Of a stretch of 40,868 bases of DNA, positions 35,318-40,868 are shown piece after piece. The notes beneath the pieces are model-generated. The model was not told the DNA's origin, made no database searches, and was given only the letters and a program-made list of their open reading frames with translations. The stretch is from positions 1 through 40,868 of the IMG/VR virus record IMGVR_UViG_3300032239_001397; one strand, 5' to 3'. A program made the translations under genes and the position numbers. The first letter of the stretch is position 1, and the number at the start of each line of letters is the position of its first letter. Origin of the DNA: a virus. Lineage: Duplodnaviria; Caudoviricetes.

Positions 35318-36140
35318 ACCCTCCCGTATCGAGGGAATGACACCTGAGCGCTACTGGTTATACCGTTCTCAAAAACATGATATTTTGCGTGATAGGGTAG
35401 CAAAGTATGCAAAAATCATTGAAAACGACGGTATACCGAGTGATTTAAACGAAGAAGTTGCTGTTACCCGCGTTAAGTTTAAAGCCGTTCGTGCGGGACA
35501 AACGATCAAAGAATATTTCATCGAGGAAACGCGGTTAATCAATCTGTTTCTTTCCGTTGAAAGCGAAGTCACATTACGCAACATCGAACAAAGAAAGAAA
35601 GGTACTATTCGCAGAGCACAACGTCGACAGGAAATTGAAAAGAAAAAAGAAATGCAGTGGGCATCAAAAGAAGAACTACTCGCTGCGTCAAAGGAACGCG
35701 AGCGGTTGCGCAACCAAGTTAGAAACGAAAGACGCAGGGCAGCACGTGTGTTGAACCCTAAAACAAAAAAAGAAAATAATAAAATAAATAAAGTTAAACA
35801 AATTATACAAAAGCAAAAAATTGAAAAACATAAAAAAGAAAATATTAAATTAGAACCGATTGTAAAGAAAAAATCAAAAACTAAACAATTACCTGCATCA
35901 TATTTTAGCAATTATCCTATGGCGAGTAGTGTACGTAAGGACTATATCCCGATTGAAAAACTGGCAGAAAACGAAGGGACAACTGTGTTAGATATCATAC
36001 AGTTAAGCCTTTGTGTTAAAGAAGCCCCTCGACCTGTGTTCGTACCCGTATTCGGATCATGTTACACAAGAGAGGATGCTGTTGTGATTTCCAGAATGCT
36101 TAAAGAACGCTCCTACCTTGATGATGCGGACACCGGATAA
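35295..36140 (+). CDS. Basic, charged hypothetical protein (possible nucleic-acid binding)
   Basis: 281 aa, K/R/E-rich. Confidence 0.65.
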   Translation: MKKEKQLKPSRIEGMTPERYWLYRSQKHDILRDRVAKYAKIIENDGIPSDLNEEVAVTRVKFKAVRAGQTIKEYFIEETRLINLFLSVESEVTLRNIEQRKKGTIRRAQRRQEIEKKKEMQWASKEELLAASKERERLRNQVRNERRRAARVLNPKTKKENNKINKVKQIIQKQKIEKHKKENIKLEPIVKKKSKTKQLPASYFSNYPMASSVRKDYIPIEKLAENEGTTVLDIIQLSLCVKEAPRPVFVPVFGSCYTREDAVVISRMLKERSYLDDADTG

Positions 36141-36213
36141 TTGTTGACCGCATCCCACTTTTGCGTGAAAGTGGATAAAACAATTGTCATCAATAAACAC
36201 ATGGAGAAGAAAA

Positions 36214-36420
36214 ATGGAAAATATGAACAACGATAACCTGACAACCAGAAAAGAAGTAATGACACCCGATCGTCGTTTAGCTGATTTCTATCGAGAAAAG
36301 GCAATATTTTATGCTAACAAGTGGGCAGAAGCTGAAAACAATTTGTTAAGAAAACTGGTTGATGAAAATCCTGAATTTGAAAGTAATGTAATCTATTTGA
36401 CGACTATGGGGGAAAGATAA
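36214..36420 (+). CDS. Hypothetical protein
   Basis: GGAG upstream of MENMNND; TAATG coupling to the next gene. Confidence 0.6.
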   Translation: MENMNNDNLTTRKEVMTPDRRLADFYREKAIFYANKWAEAENNLLRKLVDENPEFESNVIYLTTMGER

Positions 36421-36770
36421 TGAAAGAAGAGTTTAAAGTCGGTGATCTTGTTCGTGGAAAAAAATGCGGGACACAAGGCGTATTAACATATATAGACGAA
36501 CAAAAACCATCATATTTGATGGAAGTAAGAATTGGATCTTTTCAAGAATCCTGCACAGTTTTTCATTACGAAATAGAATACGACACCGCCGACCTGCGCA
36601 TCGGCGACCGTATTAAGAAAGTCAGCGGTTACAAATACCCGGGTGTTGTCGTCTCGGTGTTTCGCAACCTCAAGGGTGAAGATCGTTACGTCGTCGAATG
36701 CAGCGTGCCAGAAGTCGCAGGTATGTTGCACATCTACAACCGCAATCAATTAGAAAAGGTGGGTGAGTGA
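36420..36770 (+). CDS. Tandem SH3-like protein; C-terminal domain resembles R67/DfrB dihydrofolate reductase
   Basis: IGDRIKKVSG...GVVV...YVVE...GMLHIY...LE aligns by eye with R67 MGDRVRKKSG...GQIV...YAVE...GSVQIY...LE. Confidence 0.6.
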   Translation: MKEEFKVGDLVRGKKCGTQGVLTYIDEQKPSYLMEVRIGSFQESCTVFHYEIEYDTADLRIGDRIKKVSGYKYPGVVVSVFRNLKGEDRYVVECSVPEVAGMLHIYNRNQLEKVGE

Positions 36771-36958
36771 TGCAAGTGATGCTAACCAGAGACGAAAAGG
36801 GTTACCACTTTCAAGGTGACGGTTATACGGTCAACGACCTTGCCCGCATGATCGACATCATTGAAGAGGCTATCAAATCATCCATCGTAGCCGACATGAA
36901 AGATGTGGTTCACGAACGTGTGATGAAAATCATCGAAGAGATCAACGCAGTCGCTTGA
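36767..36958 (+). CDS. Hypothetical protein
   Basis: GTGA overlap; last gene before the terminator. Confidence 0.65.
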   Translation: MMQVMLTRDEKGYHFQGDGYTVNDLARMIDIIEEAIKSSIVADMKDVVHERVMKIIEEINAVA

Positions 36959-36983
36959 CACAAACCTCGTAATAAACTATCAT
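36955..36983 (+). promoter_or_regulatory. Sigma70-type promoter with no downstream ORF
   Basis: TTGACA-17 bp-TATCAT. Confidence 0.6.
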
Positions 36984-36984
36984 G

Positions 36985-37016
36985 ACCCTACCATGTAGTA
37001 ACATGGTAGGGTTTTT
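36985..37016 (+). terminator. Rho-independent terminator of the early operon
   Basis: ACCCTACCATGT-AGTA-ACATGGTAGGGT followed by TTTT. Confidence 0.85.
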
Positions 37017-37097
37017 GTTGTAATTGAAGACTGCAACATAAGCTCTGAGTGGGTTCTTGGTCCGTTTTGTTTCCCATGTCCTCTTAAAAAAGTACCC

Positions 37098-37130
37098 CCC
37101 TAGGTGTGTCCCCTGCACCTAGGGTTTTTT
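37098..37130 (+). terminator. Second rho-independent terminator (possibly bidirectional)
   Basis: CCCTAGGTGTG-TCCCC-TGCACCTAGGG-TTTTTT next to the primase stop codon. Confidence 0.75.
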
Positions 37131-37131
37131 G

Positions 37132-39471
37132 TTATACCCCGATACGTTTATGTGCCTCTGCAATGCGCTCACGACGCTGTTTTGTAAGCTCACCTAAGTC
37201 AGGGTTGATTGCCCACTCGGCAACTCCCAAACGCTCTTTTTTGCCGTCATCCAATCGAGTCAACCAAGAAGCGTCTTCAAGCTGTTTGATGGCAACCAAA
37301 AGCATATCCTCGATTTGCCCGGAGTGCAGGTTCTTAAAATATAAAGTGGCACCACGGCGCAACTCGGTCAATGTAATACGATCGCTTTCACCGTTTTGAA
37401 TCACTTTTTCAGCCACCCAAACCACCACGTTACGCAACCCTGTAATCTCAATCAGGGCGTACTTGAGTGAGGGTATGATGAATAGCCTCACCAGTTCGAT
37501 CACTCGTTTTACGATACTGATATCCACTGACGGGTTATGTGGGTTTTCCATAATGTGGAACAACAGGATCAATCGGGCGCATGTACCTTCTATCTTACCG
37601 TAGGCAGTCATAAACATGTTGTCGGTGCCGATAGTGCGCTCATCTTTCTTGCGCTGCTCGTATTGCCCTTGGAAGTCACGGTACAGAGCATAAGCCTCGA
37701 ATGGGAGGAAATACGATTGTTGCTCCGTGGCGTAGATGCGTCGGATCATCAACTCGTAAGCTTGCTCCACCTCTTGGTTTTCTATTGGTTGACCAAGTTT
37801 GGAATAGTTTGGTCGCAAGCATGCCGGGATAAACCGTTGCAACAAACCGTCTGCCGAAAGCGCGTCGCAATTACGACGGAGGACCTCCGGCTGTATGTTT
37901 CCGTAGATCGACACAGCAAAACGATCGCAGGCAATGTTTCCTGACCCGACACGATCCATGACATACGAATCACCTTCGTAAGCCACAACCCACGCCGAAC
38001 GATCTTCTCCGCTTCCCTTGTCGGTCATTTTCTTGACCCATGATGCCATCTCGTCGAGGTGACATAAAAGACCGTTGTCGTTGTCAGCAGCCAAACGAAC
38101 CAGTTTTTGTGAAGTGACGTCTTTAACAACCAGGCGCAACGGTTCCGGCCTAGGCGGTAATGTGGGTACGTCAATCACCACCTCGTTCATTTGTGTCTGT
38201 CCTGCGGTTCTAAGGAAATCTTTTTTAGATGCCGCGTAGAACGCTTCGTGGGCCTCCCACTCGAGGATCTTTTGGTTGTATCGAGGACGATCATCTTTTT
38301 CTAATTCGTTGAGGATCTTAAGCATGGGGCGGGCCGCCGGGGTTTTCTTATCGGCAGGATCACCGATGGTCATCAACCAAAGGATCGGAGGAACCGTGAA
38401 CCCATGTGTCACCGTCAAATTTGTCCCCGATTTGATCACAGCACACACAGCAGCCAAGCCTGCGAACAGTGAAACTTGAGGATCTGACCCGATGCAGGAG
38501 GACACATGCAATGCCATATCCTGTAGCGGTTTTGGCCACAGATGAACCAAAGGATCCGGCATCGGTGTGGTGAACTTATCGAAAATGTCGATCGGTTTTT
38601 TAAACAGGTGCGCAATGTCCGGCGCAGGTCGCACATAACCGTGCTTCATGGCCAGATCGAACAGAGTTCCCAGTGTTACCGGGTTGTCGTCTTCCATGTC
38701 AAAAGAGGACCACTGTTTCCACAACTGATCCTCGCCGGGGTATTTTGATTTTGAGGTAGAGGACCAGTCGTTCCAAACATCGAAGAGAGACGAATCACCG
38801 TTGGAGGTTGACGCATAGTGGAGCGCCATACCGATTCGGATCCATTCGTCACGACCGATATCCGACGGGATGCAATTAAGTGCATCTAACAGATCGTCTG
38901 TCTCAACACTCTGAATCGTTTTCGGTTTTGATGATCGTTGAGGGAGCAGTGATTGCCATGCCATCAGGATCGAATCAGGAATGTACGGTAACTTTTCAAA
39001 ACTGCCGTTACCGGTCCATTTATACGGCTGATTCGTTTTAGGATGAATTGAAGGGGGAAGTACGTTCTGTAACGTGTACCCGGCATGCGAAGCGCATAAA
39101 AACTCGACGCACACTTCCCCGTTAATGTGCACCCGCTTAGACGGCAGAACCAAACCGTCGGGCATTTTGTATAATAGTTTTCCGCGACCTTTGACCCCGC
39201 TTTCGATGCACACGGCATCGTCAGCCATGCACAAAGCTTTTAAGTCGACGTTTTGTCCCGCTAAGAAAGCTGCTGCGACTTTGAAATTGTCGATATCGAC
39301 ACACATTGTCCCGCTGTATGCGTGTGCAAGACCGACACCCTCCCCCGGAAGCAGGTCATCGACACTTTTAATCAGGTTCTCTCTACGGTTCCAACCTAGG
39401 CTGCGTGGGGACTTAGATCGTGGTTTTATCGCTATGAGACCCCATCCTAATTCTAAAAACTTCTCGATCAC
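37132..39471 (-). CDS. Primase-helicase: Prim-Pol + PriCT-2 + DUF3987-type helicase domain
   Basis: GVGLAH...VDID, LPPSIHP.T..PY.W; EWIRIGMALH...WNDWS..S.KY; IGDPADKKTP, DEMASW, GNIQP, DGLLQRF. Confidence 0.88.
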   Translation of the reverse strand: MIEKFLELGWGLIAIKPRSKSPRSLGWNRRENLIKSVDDLLPGEGVGLAHAYSGTMCVDIDNFKVAAAFLAGQNVDLKALCMADDAVCIESGVKGRGKLLYKMPDGLVLPSKRVHINGEVCVEFLCASHAGYTLQNVLPPSIHPKTNQPYKWTGNGSFEKLPYIPDSILMAWQSLLPQRSSKPKTIQSVETDDLLDALNCIPSDIGRDEWIRIGMALHYASTSNGDSSLFDVWNDWSSTSKSKYPGEDQLWKQWSSFDMEDDNPVTLGTLFDLAMKHGYVRPAPDIAHLFKKPIDIFDKFTTPMPDPLVHLWPKPLQDMALHVSSCIGSDPQVSLFAGLAAVCAVIKSGTNLTVTHGFTVPPILWLMTIGDPADKKTPAARPMLKILNELEKDDRPRYNQKILEWEAHEAFYAASKKDFLRTAGQTQMNEVVIDVPTLPPRPEPLRLVVKDVTSQKLVRLAADNDNGLLCHLDEMASWVKKMTDKGSGEDRSAWVVAYEGDSYVMDRVGSGNIACDRFAVSIYGNIQPEVLRRNCDALSADGLLQRFIPACLRPNYSKLGQPIENQEVEQAYELMIRRIYATEQQSYFLPFEAYALYRDFQGQYEQRKKDERTIGTDNMFMTAYGKIEGTCARLILLFHIMENPHNPSVDISIVKRVIELVRLFIIPSLKYALIEITGLRNVVVWVAEKVIQNGESDRITLTELRRGATLYFKNLHSGQIEDMLLVAIKQLEDASWLTRLDDGKKERLGVAEWAINPDLGELTKQRRERIAEAHKRIGV

Positions 39472-39502
39472 TCGGTACGTCTCCCTGTGTGTGAATCTTG
39501 GC

Positions 39503-39532
39503 TTGACAATCCTACATCAATCGGGTTATAAA
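39503..39532 (+). promoter_or_regulatory. Sigma70-type promoter for the replication operon
   Basis: TTGACA-18 bp-TATAAA in the divergent intergenic gap. Confidence 0.6.
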
Positions 39533-39565
39533 AGCAATACAAAGACATAGGGAGCAAAGAGTGAA

Positions 39566-39895
39566 GTGAGCAAACCGATTAACGTAAGAGTGAACATCCG
39601 ATTGCATCAAAACGATCGGGCGAAGTTCATCGGCTGTTTTGAAAACCACAATCAGGCAGTTAAATCCCTAACTTTGTATCTGACCGACTTAGCGGAAGGT
39701 AAGATTGATTTCGCAGACCTACTTGGCTTTGAGAACAAAGTCATTCTTCGTAAGGACCATTCTTTGGTGCAACCTTCTATCCCGTTAGAAACGGTAGAAG
39801 GGTTATATAAATTATGTGAGCACCATGAATGCAAGCTAACGGATATGGTTGAGAAACTGGTGTACTACGTCATAAAAGAAAAACAGGGAGACTGA
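39566..39895 (+). CDS. Putative DNA-binding regulator (two ribbon-helix-helix-like halves)
   Basis: INVRVNIRL beta-strand followed by helices; first gene divergent from the primase. Confidence 0.45.
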   Translation: MSKPINVRVNIRLHQNDRAKFIGCFENHNQAVKSLTLYLTDLAEGKIDFADLLGFENKVILRKDHSLVQPSIPLETVEGLYKLCEHHECKLTDMVEKLVYYVIKEKQGD

Positions 39896-39898
39896 TGC

Positions 39899-40207
39899 AT
39901 GGATGCAAGAGAATTGGCTGCCAGAAGAATTGCAGAATCGGTGGTAAACTACATCAACCTCGTACTTCAAAATCATAGTGATGCTGTTGAGAAAACAGTG
40001 AGCAAACAGATTGAAAACACGACTATCGTGGACAATTTGAGTGAATTCACGGCAGACGTTGGTCGGGTGTTTTCAGAATGCACGGTTCAAAAGCGTGACT
40101 TCATCCTTCGCTTAATCGACGAGCAGGGTGGTTTAGGCAATATTGCGACACAACATCGCAAAGAGTTCCTCCAAAAGATCAAAGCGATCAAGGAGACCGA
40201 ACGATGA
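39899..40207 (+). CDS. Hypothetical protein
   Basis: AGGGAG upstream; 102-aa ORF. Confidence 0.7.
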   Translation: MDARELAARRIAESVVNYINLVLQNHSDAVEKTVSKQIENTTIVDNLSEFTADVGRVFSECTVQKRDFILRLIDEQGGLGNIATQHRKEFLQKIKAIKETER

Positions 40208-40494
40208 GTGAGTATGCAGCTTATTACGACTCGTCGTACACAAACGAGATTGTCCAACAAAACAGCAACTTAAAAACAACAAGTCAACAGCTTAAAAGTC
40301 AAGTGGAACAACTTGAAAAACAGATAGAAGAACAAAACAAAAACCAAATCAGTTGGCGTGAAGCTTACACTCAATTAGATGTTGATTACCAAAGGTTGGA
40401 AGAAAAATTAAAATATTCATTGATGGAGATAGAGGAATTAAAAAAACAACTGAAAGAAAAAAACGATGAAAGGTTGATGAATGAACGACACTGA
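40204..40494 (+). CDS. Coiled-coil hypothetical protein
   Basis: AAGGAG upstream, ATGA overlap, heptad Q/E/K/L pattern. Confidence 0.7.
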   Translation: MSEYAAYYDSSYTNEIVQQNSNLKTTSQQLKSQVEQLEKQIEEQNKNQISWREAYTQLDVDYQRLEEKLKYSLMEIEELKKQLKEKNDERLMNERH

Positions 40495-40860
40495 ACCCGC
40501 ACATTCCCGATTCTCACCAAGCAGTCGAGAACGATGGAGTGAATGCCCTGCATCGATACGCATGCAAGAAGGGTATGAGAACGTAACCAGTGAAGCAGCC
40601 GAGCAAGGAACCAGGGTACACGATATCCTGAATGCTTTGCTTACCAATCGTAGCTATAAAGCTATTGATCGTGAGGAAGAAGAACGAGCTAAGTATGCGT
40701 TTGGGTTGATTAAGGAGTTGGTCGATTCACAAATTTATCATGGTAGCGATGATAAATTTGTCAGGGTTTACAGTGAGCAAAAAGTTTACCTTAGCAAATA
40801 TGTTAATAGTGAACTGCGGGGTACATTAGATATAGTGGTAGCCGTAGGTGAATTAAATAC
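40481..40860 (+). CDS. Cas4-like exonuclease (DUF2800), 5' part; continues at position 18
   Basis: HSRFSPSSRERWSECPAS...AAEQGTRVH...SEQKV...GTLD; open through the join. Confidence 0.88.
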
Positions 40861-40868
40861 AGATCGGA
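40861..40868 (+). other. Probable Illumina adapter remnant (artefact)
   Basis: AGATCGGA is the start of the TruSeq adapter and begins exactly where identity to the window start ends. Confidence 0.8.

Noticed and set aside
35369-35911. Hydrophobic 180-aa minus-strand ORF
   Set aside because: Mirror of the lysine-rich plus-strand gene (AAA read as TTT); no independent support
1-40868. Stop-codon reassignment, tRNA genes, integrase or CI-like repressor
   Set aside because: Genes tile densely under the standard code; I saw no tRNA cloverleaf, recombinase motifs or HTH-peptidase repressor by eye, though a tRNA or HMM scan could still find something

Overview
This window is an apparently complete, circularly permuted genome (about 40,843 bp) of a tailed dsDNA bacteriophage with a P22-like podovirus virion module. 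Bases 1-17 are repeated at 40844-40860, the last 8 nt (AGATCGGA) look like Illumina adapter, and one gene reads through the junction. The plus strand at 39566-6580 (wrapping) carries a replication module: a split Cas4-like DUF2800 nuclease, DUF2815 SSB, family-B DNA polymerase, DUF3310, VRR-NUC and an SNF2 helicase. The minus strand at 28352-6581 carries terminase, portal, scaffold, coat, head-tail, tail-fibre, ejection and lysis genes. A 1.1-kb non-coding control region is followed by plus-strand early/accessory genes (29534-36958) and a convergent primase-helicase. I recognise no integrase, repressor, tRNA or CRISPR. The most notable observations are four. (1) A 308-aa intein in the helicase has its HNH homing endonuclease encoded as a separate ORF in the +1 frame, nested entirely inside the still-open intein frame. 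(2) A dif-like XerC/XerD site with a perfect XerD arm sits in the non-coding region of a phage that has no integrase. (3) A small gene resembles R67/DfrB dihydrofolate reductase. (4) A run of tiny membrane peptides surrounds a SleB-type cell-wall hydrolase. All family assignments come from motif recognition by eye, not database searches.
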